Source: Eledone cirrhosa (lineage: Eukaryota). From it: a stretch of 64,000 bases of DNA. The position numbers and the translations under genes are program-made. How positions within the stretch are numbered: position 1 is the first letter of the stretch; every line of letters begins with the position of its first letter. The stretch spans positions 5,580,001 to 5,644,000 of the forward strand of contig OZ024747.1 in assembly GCA_964016885.1 (NCBI GenBank), read 5' to 3'. The notes beneath the pieces are model-generated. The model was not told the DNA's origin and did not search any database. It saw only the letters and a list, made by a program, of their open reading frames with translations. This document shows positions 51,228 to 62,494 of this stretch, piece by piece.

Positions 51228-51647
51228 TTAACCATTTAGCATTAAACCGGTATATCCGGCTAGAATCCTCTCATCTCTTTCTGTTCAAACCGGCTGTAAC
51301 CAGCCACTCATACTGATATTATGGTATTGTTTTCAAAATAAATAGTCTGAAAATGTCGTAGATTCGATCGATATTATGTGAGGTAAAGACGGCGGTGGAT
51401 TGGCAGTATCGGTAGAGGGTCGGACGCCATGCTTTCCAGCATAGTTACGTCCCTTTACGGACTGAGTTCAAATCCCGCCGAGGTTAACTTTGCCTTTCAT
51501 CCTTTCGGGGTCGATAAAATAAAGTACCAGTAATGTACTGGGTAATTGCTGGCCTTGTGCCAAAAGTAGAAACAATTATGTGAGGTAAAGCCTTTACTGT
51601 GAAAATATAATAGTTTATATAGAGTAATATAAATGCTAAAGGGTTGA
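51228..51647. mobile_element. piggyBac-type MITE (TTAA-CC(A/C)TTTAGCATT termini) interrupted by a SINE
   Basis: Left end ttaa-ccatttagcatt (51228-51243). Right end aatgctaaaggg-ttga (51632-51647). No ORF. Confidence 0.65.
51389..51574 (+). mobile_element. SINE family A, full length, tRNA-derived with Meta-domain-like core, 16-bp TSD
   Basis: A-box tggcagtatcgg, B-box gagttcaaatcc, core gcctttcatcctttcggggtcgataaaataaagtaccag. TSD attatgtgaggtaaag at 51373-51388 and 51575-51590. Confidence 0.93.
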
Positions 51648-51755
51648 GGGTGATTTGGCTGCTAATTCTAGAATGTCAATCGACCACATTGAGGCTAATT
51701 CTGTGGTACTTAACACGGCGATGTATTAGATTTCCCTTGGACGATATTTTCTAAA

Positions 51756-52090
51756 AAGTCAGCAAAATGAATCCGTACCTTCGGAAGAAGAATTGGCTCC
51801 GAGGACCGGGTCGATCGGGCCGTATGTGTGTCGGTCGGTCGTCCCGTGTTTTTCTCGGGTCGGTCGCGCGGCGCGTCTGTACGCGCAGCGGTGAACCGGT
51901 ACGGGGCTGTAGCGTTGGCGTCGGACTCGACGTCTGAGCGTCGGTCGGGCGACCGGTTTGCGCCGTTCGTTTGGTTCGTTTCGTTTTCCTTGCTCTTCTT
52001 TCGGCGGCTCCGGGTTTGTCACGCGTGCGTGCGGCGGACGGGAAGAGAAATGGGAGCTGGAGGGTCGTCGCTTGCGGCGGTTCTCAGAGA
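51756..52090 (+). pseudogene. 28S rRNA fragment (conserved core 5' of D8, plus GC-rich D8 expansion segment)
   Basis: aagtcagcaaaatgaatccgtaccttcggaagaagaattggctccgaggaccgggtcgatcgggc resembles the LSU core AAGTCGGCAA..GGATCCGTAACTTCGGGA.AAGGATTGGCTCT.AGGGCTGGGTCGGTCGGGC. About 270 bp of CpG-rich sequence follows. Confidence 0.8.
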
Positions 52091-52404
52091 ATGATACCCG
52101 CCTCTGTCCGACAATGCAACAAAAGCAACATCACTTATCAGCCAGTAGGCGTATTTGTATCAGGCTGGCGTCGTCTTTGCAAAGTTACCCCGTCCTTAGT
52201 GTGATCCCCTTCTATTCCAATATGGTGGAACACCATGGAACTCGGTGTCCACATTACAGTTTTGATACCATAATCAGTTAGATATCTCTTCCTCGGCATG
52301 TCTTTCAAGTAGCAGGTTGTCCACTAGGTTAGCTTTCTGTCTTGTGAACAGCATGTAAGCGAGAGAGAGGGAAGTGTGCGACTCTACATGATCAACAAAG
52401 TCTG

Positions 52405-52464
52405 ACATACTATCACAAATCTCGCATACTGTCACAAGTCTCGCATAGTGTCACAAATCTCGCA
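52405..52464. repeat. 19-bp tandem repeat x3 (catactgtcacaaatctcg)
   Basis: Directly visible. Confidence 0.8.
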
Positions 52465-52469
52465 AAAGT

Positions 52470-52900
52470 GGGGTCCTCTATTTGACTGCTTAGTCTGCAA
52501 GAAATATTGGTTACTGATTTAGGAACACGGCTAACAATTTTAGGGGAGGGGAAATTTGACGAAATCGACCCAGTACGTTACTGGTACTTTATTTTATCGA
52601 CCCCGTAAGGATGAAAGGCAAAGCTAAGCTCGGTGAGATTTGAACTCAGAATGTAAAGTGACGTAACTATATGCCATAAAGCATGTTGTCCAACGCTCTA
52701 TTGATACTGCCCATCTATCACCTTTAGTATCTGCAAGAAATAGCTAACAAATTTCCCTCAAATGACATTCTACCGTCATAAAAAGCGATAGACAGATTGG
52801 TCAGAGTGGATCAGAATTTCTTGCACGGTTGGAACGGCTTCAATCATAGGTCTCTCCGATCAGGGCTTATCCGGTGTTAAACCGCAACAACAATAGCAAC
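52470..52900 (+). mobile_element. SINE-like family B copy with (AAC)n tail, split by a family A insertion
   Basis: aagaaatagctaacaaatttccctcaaat and tcataggtctctccgatcagggcttatccggtgttaaaccgcaacaac. Related pieces occur at ~3565, ~46700, ~48635, ~48870, ~51645 and ~58630. Confidence 0.55.
52507..52722 (-). mobile_element. SINE family A, full length, long-tail variant
   Basis: Core and head are present. Imperfect TSD ttagtctgcaagaaata / ttagtatctgcaagaaata. Confidence 0.85.
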
Positions 52901-53184
52901 AACATCAACAGCATCTGTGCTGCTACAGCTAATGCTAGCAATGTACATGTGCAAAGATGCATATCTGAAAAGATCTACACCTGTAAAGATGTAGAACTCA
53001 TTAAGCTTACAACTTGTCTAGATCTGATAAAGACTACATCTTGTACACGGTTCTGTGTATGGGGGGAGGGTCCACATTATAATGTATCAGGTTTTCAAGG
53101 TACATTCAGGCCTAAAACCACACAAGGTTTAGATTAAACACACCTTGATGATAACGATGAAAAGGAGGATGAAGAGCATGGAGG

Positions 53185-53890
53185 ACGATGGTGATGGTGT
53201 GATGGTGTGATGGTGGTCGTGATGGTGGTGATGGTGTGATAGTGGTCGTGATGATGGTGTGATGGTGGTCGTGATGGTGGTGATGGTGTGATTGTGGTGG
53301 TGATGGGAGTCGTGATGGTGATGATGGTGTGATGGTGGTCGTGATGGTGGTAATGGTGTGATGGTGGTCGTGATGGTGGTCGTGATGGTGGTCGTGATGG
53401 TGGTCGTGATGATGGTGATGGTGTGATGGTGGTCGTGATGATGGTGTGATGGTGGTCGTGATGGTGGTGATGGTGTGATGGTGGTGGTGATGGGAGTCGT
53501 GATGGTGATGATGGTGTGATGGTGGTCGTGATGGTGGTGATGGTGTGATGGTGGTCGTGATGGTGATGGTTGTCGTGATGGTGGTCGTGATGGTGGTGAT
53601 GGTGTGATAGTGGTGGTGATGGTGATGATGGTGTGATGGTGGTCGTGATGGTGGTGATGGTGTGATGGTGGTCGTGATGGTGGTGATGGTGTGATGGTGG
53701 TGGTGATGGTGTGATGGTGGTGATGGTGGTGGTGGTGATGGTGGTGATGGTGTGATGGTGGTGGTGATGGTGTGATGGTGGTGATGGTGTGATGGTGGTG
53801 GTGATGGTGTGATGGTAGTCGTGATGGTGGTCGTGATGGTGGTGACGATAATGGCTGCTATCATGTTGATGATTATGATGGTAATGGTGT
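53185..53890. repeat. (GAT/GGT/GTC)-rich low-complexity repeat
   Basis: Directly visible. Confidence 0.9.
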
Positions 53891-53987
53891 TCAATCTTGT
53901 CGCCACCGTCATTACAGTCCTCGCCGTCTCCCCCCCCCCCAATCCTCCACTCCCCTCCTCCTCATCATCATCATCATTATAGTTCAC

Positions 53988-54106
53988 GATGGACTGGCAG
54001 TATCGGTAGAGGGTCGGACGCCTTGCTTTCACCCTTACGGGGTCGATAAAATAAAGTACCAGTAATACACTGGGGTAATTGCTGGCCTTGTGCCAAAAGT
54101 AGAAAC
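53988..54106 (+). mobile_element. SINE family A, internally deleted (no B-box), 13-bp TSD
   Basis: TSD cattatagttcac at 53975-53987 and 54107-54119. The head joins the core directly at tgctttca. Confidence 0.88.
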
Positions 54107-54191
54107 CATTATAGTTCACAAGTACAAAAGTATGCATTTTCTTGCAACCAACTTGATTTGAAAGTGTGGACCTCCTTTTGACTGCAAGAAA

Positions 54192-54400
54192 TATTGGTTT
54201 CTGATTTATGCACAAGGCCAGCAATTTAGGTGAAGAGAAAGTTGGTTAAATAGACCCCAGTGTGTTACTGGTACTTTATCTTTTCGACGCCGTAAGGATG
54301 AAAGGCAAAGTTAACCTCGGTGGGATTTGAATTCGAACGTAAAGGGCCGTAACTTTATGCTGCAAAGTATGGTGTCCGACGCTCTACCGATACTGCCAAA
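54192..54400 (-). mobile_element. SINE family A, full length, long-tail variant
   Basis: Head, B-box (gaattcaaatcc on the minus strand), core and tail are homologous to the other copies. Confidence 0.85.
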
Positions 54401-54432
54401 TACCACCACCACCTCCACTACTACTACTACTA

Positions 54433-54469
<37 letters not shown>

Positions 54470-54594
54470 TGTGAGAGTGCTTATCCCACAGGTGTGCAAG
54501 ATTTGAGAGATAAGATATTTCAGTTGGGTGTGGGAGGGGAGAACTACCCTCAATATTAATCCATCTCCCCCTCCAGTTACAAACTACGCGACCA

Positions 54595-55062
54595 GTAAGT
54601 ACCACCACCAACACTACCACTACACCAACGCCACCACTATACCACCACACCACCACTACAACACACCACGGCCACCACTTCTATCGACACTAACGTCGTT
54701 ACCTGAATTACTATCCCCTCCATTACTATCAGAAAACAAACAATACAATTACTAATACCACCACCACCTCCAATACCATTACAGTACCACCAATACTACC
54801 ACCAACACTGCCACCATCACCACAACTGCCGCCGCCGCCGCCGCCACTACCATTACAGTACCACCAACACCACCACCACTACTATTATAGTACTAACACC
54901 ACTACCACCACTACCACCACTATCATCTTGCCACCACCATAATTTACAACACCCCAATCATCTCCCACTGCCGCCGCCGCCACTATCATCTCGCCACCAC
55001 CATAATTTACAACACCCCAATCATCTCCCACTGCCGCCACTACCACCACCGCCGCCGCTGCT
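54595..55062. repeat. (CAC/TAC/GCC)n low complexity with a ~60-bp internal duplication
   Basis: ccactatcatct.gccaccaccataatttacaacaccccaatcatctcccactgccgcc occurs twice. Confidence 0.8.
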
Positions 55063-55221
55063 ATCAGTTTCTTTTTTATTGATCAGTGGCTTGGTCGTAC
55101 AGAGGCCCTTTAAATGTTTGTTTATCATTAAATATCTCCCAAGAAGCATTCCTTAAGACGATGATTTACACACCAGAACCTCTACGATATTCTCTACCTT
55201 GCATTCCTCCAGACCGCCATG

Positions 55222-55460
55222 CAACCAACCCAACCCAGCCCAATACAACCCAACCCAACCCAATCCAATCCAACACAACCTGACCCACCCCAACCCAGCC
55301 CAACACAACCCAATCCACCCCAACCCAACACAACCCAACCCAACACAACCCACCTCAACCCAACCTAACACAACCCAACACAACCCAACCCAACACAACC
55401 CACCCCAACACAACCTAACCCACCCCAACGCAACCCAACACAACCCAACGCAACACAACA
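55222..55460. repeat. (CAACC/CAACA)n pentanucleotide repeat
   Basis: Directly visible. Confidence 0.9.
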
Positions 55461-55779
55461 CTCAAAAAAAAAAATCTGTTACCCTGATATAAGAACCGGG
55501 TATAAAACCGTCGTAAAATGAATAAAAATATAATTAAAATAAAAAGAAAACTAAAACAAAACAATAATAAAAAGAAAGCATACAACTTTGTTCTACTCAA
55601 CGTATGTAGGAAGTTTTAGATTAATGGTATCGTGGTAACGTTGGAATGAATAAGCAGGTAGTTGAGGCTAAGAGTAGAGTTATAGGATTTAAGCTACTTT
55701 AATACCACCACCTCAAAGATTTCTAAAAATATACAATACCATCTGCTCTGGACGTCTGCAAAACTTTTAATATTTCTTT

Positions 55780-55965
55780 TTGATTCTTTAACTATTTTTA
55801 CTAATTTCACTGCGGCCATGCTGGGGCATTTGTTTCAAGGTTGTTTTTTTTTTTTGTTTTGTTTTTGTTGATCATATCGACATCAGAATTTCTTTTATAA
55901 GTCTTGTAACATATTTCATCGATCTTAGTTTGTCAAACTGCTCACTTACAAGATATAAAGAATTA
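55780..55965 (-). mobile_element. Degenerate SINE family D
   Basis: ctgcggccatgctggggca is the approximate reverse complement of tgccccagcatggcctcag at ~63600. Confidence 0.55.
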
Positions 55966-56029
55966 ACACACACAGTCACACACACGTGTATGAATATATA
56001 CATATATATATAGTAAAAAAAAAGTAGTG

Positions 56030-56135
56030 AAGGCGTGTGGCTGAGTGGTTAGAGAATTGAGGTTATGAGTTCGAATCCTGGACCGGGCGATGCGTTATGT
56101 CCTTGAGCAAGACACTTTATTTCACGTTGCTCTTT
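56030..56135 (+). mobile_element. SINE family C head and CORE-like domain
   Basis: ggcgtgtggctgagtggttagag (A-box), gagttcgaatcc (B-box), tgtccttgagcaagacactttatttcacgttgctc. Confidence 0.8.
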
Positions 56136-56251
56136 CTGCTTGGAGTTGCGACGATAGATAGTATTAGCAATTGGAAAGACCAACGGAAACATTGTTTCCT
56201 CGGTCCGATTTGACGAAAGTTGATCGTCTCTTTATATATATATATATATAT

Positions 56252-56442
56252 AACAAAGAGGGTATGGTAAGATACTAAATGGACCATAACGCACCAGAGT
56301 ACTCGATACTTGGGATAGTAGAGTGGGTAATATGAAAATGAAAAAAATTCAGGGCCCCGACGGCTGAGCTCCGGCCGTTTCGACAGCTAGATCCGTCTAG
56401 CTGTAGAAACGGCCGAGCTCAGACGTCGGGGTCCTGAATCTT

Positions 56443-56445
<3 letters not shown>
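56252..56445. mobile_element. Fold-back family F2, copy 2 (hairpin arms ~56347-56391 / 56396-56439, loop tccg)
   Basis: Homologous to 9351-9520; (TA)n on both sides. Confidence 0.8.
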
Positions 56446-56513
<68 letters not shown>

Positions 56514-56514
56514 G

Positions 56515-56565
<51 letters not shown>

Positions 56566-56619
56566 ATACAGAGAAAGGCAGAGGAATATATACATGCACA
56601 GAAAACGCCGACACAACTA

Positions 56620-56700
<81 letters not shown>

Positions 56701-56834
56701 CAGTATTATAAGTTTGGGTATCACCTCCTTTTGATGTCTTTAGTGCTAAAGAGACAACCATACGTCCGTTCTGTTATTGTATTTATTATTAAATATTTCT
56801 AAAACTGATGTTTTTATTAATATTTGCTGGCAGA

Positions 56835-56980
56835 GACATTGCTGCGTGGTTAAGAAGTTCACTCTTCAACCACGTGATATCTACTTCCTTCCTGCTGTGT
56901 CACAGTTTTAGCAAATGTCTTTTACTATAGCCTAGAGATGACCAATTCTTTGTTGGTGGAATTGGTAGACGGAAGCTGTG
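56835..56980 (+). mobile_element. Degenerate tRNA-derived SINE (family E)
   Basis: gtggttaagaagttc...caaccac...gcaaatgtcttttactatagcct...ttggtagacggaagctg resembles octopus OR-type SINEs as I recall them. Confidence 0.55.
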
Positions 56981-57061
56981 TTCCAGAAATATGCATAATA
57001 GATACTTTTCTGGTTCAACTGAACTCCACTAGGTATGTAGCTTACAAGTGGCAACCATCGT

Positions 57062-57803
57062 ACATGTATGTGTGTATATTGTATATATGTCTAGATGTGT
57101 GTGTGTGTGTGTGTATATATATCTAGATGTGTGTGTGTATATTGTATATATATCTAGATGTATGTGTGTATATTGTATATATATATAGATGTGTGTGTAT
57201 GTGTATATATATATCTAGATGTGTGTGTGTGTGTATATATATATCTAGATGTATGTGTGTATATTGTATATATATCTAGATGTATGTGTGTATATTGTAT
57301 ATATATATAGATGTGTGTGTATATATATTTCTAGATGTGTGTGTGTGTATATATATATCTAGATGTGTGTGTGTGTGTATATTGTATATATATCTAGATG
57401 TGTATGTGTATATTGTATATATATCTAGATGTATGTGTGTATATTGTATATATATCTAGATGTGTGTGTGTGTATATATATATATCTAGATGTGTGTGTG
57501 TGTATATATATATATCTAGATGTGTGTGTGTGTATATATATATCTAGATGTGTGTGTGTGTGTATATATATATATCTAGATGTGTGTGTGTGTATATATA
57601 TATCTAGATGTGTGTGTGTGTGTATATATATATATCTAGATGTGTGTGTGTGTATATATATATCTAGATGTGTGTGTGTGTGTATATATATATCTAGATG
57701 TGTGTGTGTGTATATATATATATCTAGATGTGTGTATATATATATCTAGATGTGTGTGTGTGTGTGTATATATATATCTAGATGTGTGTGTGTATATATA
57801 TAT
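57062..57803. repeat. Compound minisatellite tctaga-(TG)n-(TA)n, ~25-32-bp units
   Basis: Directly visible. Confidence 0.92.
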
Positions 57804-58010
57804 AGCAAGGAAGTGTTGTAAGATACCAAGTGGACCATAAAGCACCAGAGTACTCGATATTTGGTGTAGTAGAGTAGGTAATAGGAAAAGATTCAGGACC
57901 CCAACGGCTGTGCTCTGGCCGTTTCGATAACTAGATCCGAATTACCCTAAGTATTGAGTACTCTGGTGTGTTACAGTCCATCTGGTATCTTACCACACCC
58001 TCTTTGTTAT
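57802..58010. mobile_element. Fold-back family F2, copy 3 (outer arms ~57802-57862 / 57949-58010)
   Basis: gtaagataccaagtggaccataaagcaccagagtactcgata pairs with tattgagtactctggtgtgttacagtccatctggtatcttac. Confidence 0.78.
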
Positions 58011-58100
58011 ATATATGTATATATATGCAGAGAGTGGCGAGGGGCGGACGTTTTGTCTAATGAGTTTAGTCTGGACGTTTTCTTTCCTACGACTAAAAGC

Positions 58101-58132
<32 letters not shown>

Positions 58133-58138
58133 GCGTGT

Positions 58139-58174
<36 letters not shown>

Positions 58175-58337
58175 CCATGTGTGTGTATGTCTGTGTACCT
58201 ACCTGTCAAAAAAAATCAACGTAATGGCCCATTCTGTTGTCGTGGCAACGCAGTTTTCTGAGAACAGTCAACTCAAATAGTCTTACACGGAAAGACAACA
58301 ATAGTAACCAAGACAACTTGAAGGTGTCAGTAGTAAG

Positions 58338-58500
58338 TTGCTGCTGTTGATGGTGGTGGTGATGGTGGTGGTGGCGGCGGAGGAGGCAGTGCTGGCGGTG
58401 GTGGTAGTGCTGGTGGTAGTGGTAGTAAGGGTGGTGGTGGTGAAGGTGGTGGTGGCGGAGGAAACGGTGCTGGTGGCGGCGAAGGTGGTGGTGGTGAAGT
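58338..58500. repeat. (GGT)n-rich low complexity
   Basis: Directly visible. Confidence 0.85.
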
Positions 58501-59179
58501 TTATAGGGGAAGGTGGGTGATGCATATGATCTAATGTGTGTGTGTATGTGTGTGTGTGTGCATGTATGTATGTGTGTGTGTGTATATAGTATGTTTGATT
58601 ACATTACATCTCAATGATGTAGTTGTTTTGTTGCTGTTTAGCCCCAGGTTAGCCCTGTCAAAAACAACCTATAGTCAAAGGTATTCTAGCCATACCTTAC
58701 ACCAAATGCCACAGGATTTATGTAAACATATGGACTGTCTTGTTTGGTTTATTCTATCCCTGCTTCAATGGTCTCTGATTCTCAAAGTTTGTTAATCTCA
58801 TTCTAACTTCACTCATACACTCGTAACTCACTCTTCACTTCTACTCCAATCACTCATCTTATATCCAAGCCACACACTCTGTACACTTAGGTCCCCCTAA
58901 CTTCTACGAGCAGTGTTCCAGCCCTGAACGTCAGTCAACCCCTTAGAAATATATCCCAGCATATGTCTTTTCTAAGACATTGACCTTACAAAAGTTTAAA
59001 CGAAGCAGTGACTCTCCATTTTGTTTCACACAGTATATCTATGCCTCCATTATCTAATGTGTCCTGCGTTATTTACGGTATGTAAGACTAAAAACCGTTA
59101 GTAATCTCACTTCTTTTCACTTTCAAAAGTAGGAAAAGGACTTTAAATTGTTTATTGGATCTTGTACACGTTTTGTTTG

Positions 59180-59600
59180 TATTGAGAGGTTGTGAATTCG
59201 ATTCTCGAACCGTGTGATGCGTTGTGTCCTTGAGCAAGACACTTTATTTCCTGCTGCTCCAGTTCTCTCAGTTGTAGAAATGAGATGCGACATCACTAGT
59301 GCCAAGCTGTATCGGAGTTTGCCTTTCACTTGGACAACATCATATATAGTGTATATATAGAATATATACTGTGTATATAGAGAGCATAATGAGTGTATAT
59401 ATAGTATATGTTGTGACGTCATTGGTGTCAAGTTGTATCGGACTTTGCATTTGACTTGAACAACATCAGTGGTGTGGAGAGGGGAGACTGATATGCATGG
59501 GTGACTACTGGTCCTCCACAATCAAACCTTGCCCAAGCTTGTGCCTCAGAAGGAAACTTTCTAGGTACAAAACCCTGATCATCAGTGACCGATGAGGACC
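59180..59600 (+). mobile_element. SINE family C, long copy with an internal ~60-bp duplication around a TA-rich insert
   Basis: B-box gaattcgattc, then tgtgtccttgagcaagacactttatttc. The block gacatcactagtgccaagctgtatcgga...ttggacaacatca is duplicated at ~59290 and ~59415. Confidence 0.75.
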
Positions 59601-60134
59601 TTAAATTACTTCATTTCCTTAAGCAACAATCGGTTATCCCAACTATGTCAAGAGATACACCTGCCTTCTATCAGCCATTCCTTTTTATATTTCCATTGAT
59701 TCTTTTTCCTAACCTTCTTTACATTACAGCGGCTTTCTATCTCTTTCTTCCTTACTTTATTCCCACGCACTCTGTAACCTTTCCTTCTTTTTCCATCTTT
59801 ACCTTTCTCCATTCTCTCAGCTACTTACGTAATCATAAACTCTACCTTTATCTGTTGTCTTCCACACTCCACCATAATAGATGTGCCCTTTCTCCATGGC
59901 GATAATCTCCATCCACTGTTAGCCTAGTTCAGCAAAGGAAAGTCAAGTTAGGGAGTTATCTCTTATTTCTTGGTTTTTCTAAATTCTCCGCTCAAAAGCC
60001 TGAACTGTTGTAAACGTGAAGTTTATATTTTTAGAACTTTAGCCAGTAATTGACAATAAAAGTTCTGCTCCTATCAAAAAGCAGTAATGCGAAACTCGAA
60101 GTAACGGCCGTGTAAAATCTGATTTAATTGCTGT

Positions 60135-60166
60135 TATATATATATATATGTGTGTGTGGCAGGGGG

Positions 60167-60197
<31 letters not shown>

Positions 60198-60199
60198 GC

Positions 60200-60238
<39 letters not shown>

Positions 60239-60395
60239 GCAGGGGGATATATATATATATATGTGTGTGGCAGGGGGATATATATATATGTGTGTGGCAG
60301 GGGGATATATATATATATCCACACACACACACACGCATATATATATATATATATATATATATAGGATACACACATACACGGACATACATACACAT

Positions 60396-60452
<57 letters not shown>

Positions 60453-60470
60453 ATACACACATACAGGGAC
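60135..60470. repeat. Compound minisatellite (TA)n-tgtgtgtggcaggggga x5 plus microsatellites
   Basis: Directly visible. Confidence 0.9.
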
Positions 60471-60625
60471 GAATATATGTGGCACAAAAATGGCACCTAT
60501 GTGTCATAATTCGTCTTATTATTGAGGGGGGGGGGGGGCTACCGGTGACATTAATGTCACACGTTAGGAAAATACATCATGAGTCATGTGATACGAGAAT
60601 ACCAACTATTGGTTAGTCAGTTACA

Positions 60626-61670
60626 GTGCTGCTGGTGATGGTGGGGCTGGTGGTAGTTGTGGTAACATTGTTAGCAATGGTGATGGTGGTGGTGGTGGTA
60701 TTAGTGGTGGTGGTGGTGGTGGGGCTGGTGGTAGTTGTGGTAACATTGTTAGCAATGGTGATGGTGGTGGTGGTGGTATTAGTGGTGGTGGTGGTGGTGG
60801 GGCTGGTGGTAGTTGTGGTAACATTGTTAGCAATGGTGATGGTGGTGGTGGTGGTGGTGATGGTGGTGGTGGTGGTGGTGGTGGTGGTGGTGATGGTGGT
60901 ATTGGTGGTGGTGGTGGTGGTTGTGGGGCTGGTGGTAGTTGTGGTAACATTGTTAGCAATGGTCATGATGATGATGGTGGTGGTGGTGATGGTGGTATTA
61001 GTGGTGGTGGTGGTGGTGGTGATGGTGGTATTAGTGGTGGTGGTGGTGGTGGTGATGGTGGGGCTGGTGGTAGTTGTGGTAACATTGTTAGCAATGGTGA
61101 TGGTGGTGGTGGTGGTGATGGTGGTATTAGTGGTGGTGGTGGTGGTGGTGGTGCTGATGGTGGTATTAGTGGTGGTGGTGGTGGTGGTGGTGCTGATGGT
61201 GGTATTAGTGGTGGTGGTGGTGGTGGTGGTGGTGATGGTGGTATTAGTGGTGGTGGTGGTGATGGTGGGGCTGGTGGTAGTTGTGGTAACATTGTTAGCA
61301 ATGGTGATGGTGGTGGTGGTGGTGGTAGTGGTGGTAGTGGTGGTTGCAATGACGATGGTCATGATGATGGTGATAGTGGTGGTGATGGTGGAGATGGATG
61401 GGGGGGTGATGGTGGTGGTGGTGGTGGTGGTGGTGGTGGTAGGGTGGTGGTGGTCGGGTGGGTGTTGGTGATGGGAATTGTGGTAGTAATGAATCTAGTG
61501 ATGATGGTGGTGGAGATATTGTTGTTGCTGTTATAGTGATGGTGGTGGTGGTGTTGACGATGGTGATGTTGGTGGTGGTGGTCGGGACGTTGGTGGTGAG
61601 AATGGCCGCGGTAATGAATCTGGTGGTGGTGGTGGTGGTGGCTGATGTGGTAGTGTTGGTTGTAGTAGTG
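60626..61670. repeat. (GGT)n-based repeat with recurring block ggggctggtggtagttgtggtaacattgttagcaatggtgatggt (6 copies)
   Basis: Directly visible. Confidence 0.9.
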
Positions 61671-61934
61671 ACGTGTAGGCGTCTGCTAGGAGACCTTAAT
61701 GTGTCAAATGTCATTCCCTGACACGACTGAGACATGACCGAGTCTCTTATGTGTCACAGCTGTTCTTAATTACGATCGATATGACAAACTGACCCTCACT
61801 GAGGCCACCAGCAGATTCACACATACACATACATACATACGCATACATACATACATACACACATACACACACATACACACATACATAAACAGAAATACAA
61901 ACACATGCATGCATACATCCATCCATCTATCATA

Positions 61935-61988
<54 letters not shown>

Positions 61989-62005
61989 CTAATTGTGAAA
62001 TTCCG

Positions 62006-62120
62006 AGGCATATGGCTTTGGAATCATGAGGTTGAGTTCGATTCTCAGACTGGGTTATGTATTGTGTTCTTGAGCAAGACACTCTATTTCATATTGCTCC
62101 AGTTCACTATAGTCCACTCA
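62006..62120 (+). mobile_element. SINE family C fragment
   Basis: gagttcgattctc...ttgtgttcttgagcaagacactctatttcatattgctccag. Confidence 0.75.
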
Positions 62121-62494
62121 TATATATATATATATGTAGATAAATCTACCAAAATATACGGTAGTGTCCAATCCGTATGAAGAACTCAATGTAATCCAAA
62201 TATCATGAAAAGAGAAGATGTATTCAATATTTTTTCGATGAAATTCACAGGAAAACAGAGTCAAGATAAATTAATAAAAACAATGAATAAAAACAAAGAA
62301 ACAGTTCCTTATATTAAAAAATTCATCATTTTACGATCGTTCCTAGGATATATATGTGTGTGTTGGTATGTATATCATATAGATCTATGTAAAATGTTTT
62401 CAAACTATCAGAGGGAATATACATACCTACACATATATATGCTGTCTTCAGAAATAATCGAAAAAATGTTGTATATATATATAGTAATAATAAT

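Noticed and set aside
51759-52281. CpG-island promoter or Arg-rich ORFs
   Set aside because: Better explained as a 28S rRNA fragment, since the block begins with the conserved LSU core sequence.
53112-54224. 370-aa His/Thr/Pro-rich ORF
   Set aside because: It runs through SINE copies and a GAT/GGT low-complexity tract; stop-free by composition.
56030-56085. tRNA gene
   Set aside because: A and B boxes are present but there is no acceptor stem or cloverleaf, and it continues into a SINE body found in several copies.
59610-59910. Pyrimidine-rich block, possibly an old LINE remnant on the minus strand
   Set aside because: No RT or endonuclease motif is readable and there are multiple stops; it cannot be supported without a search.
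60613-61471. Thr-rich mucin-like (minus) and Val-rich (plus) ORFs
   Set aside because: A (GGT)n-derived repeat open in several frames. No signal peptide, domain or splice evidence is visible, though RNA-seq would be needed to exclude a mucin exon fully.
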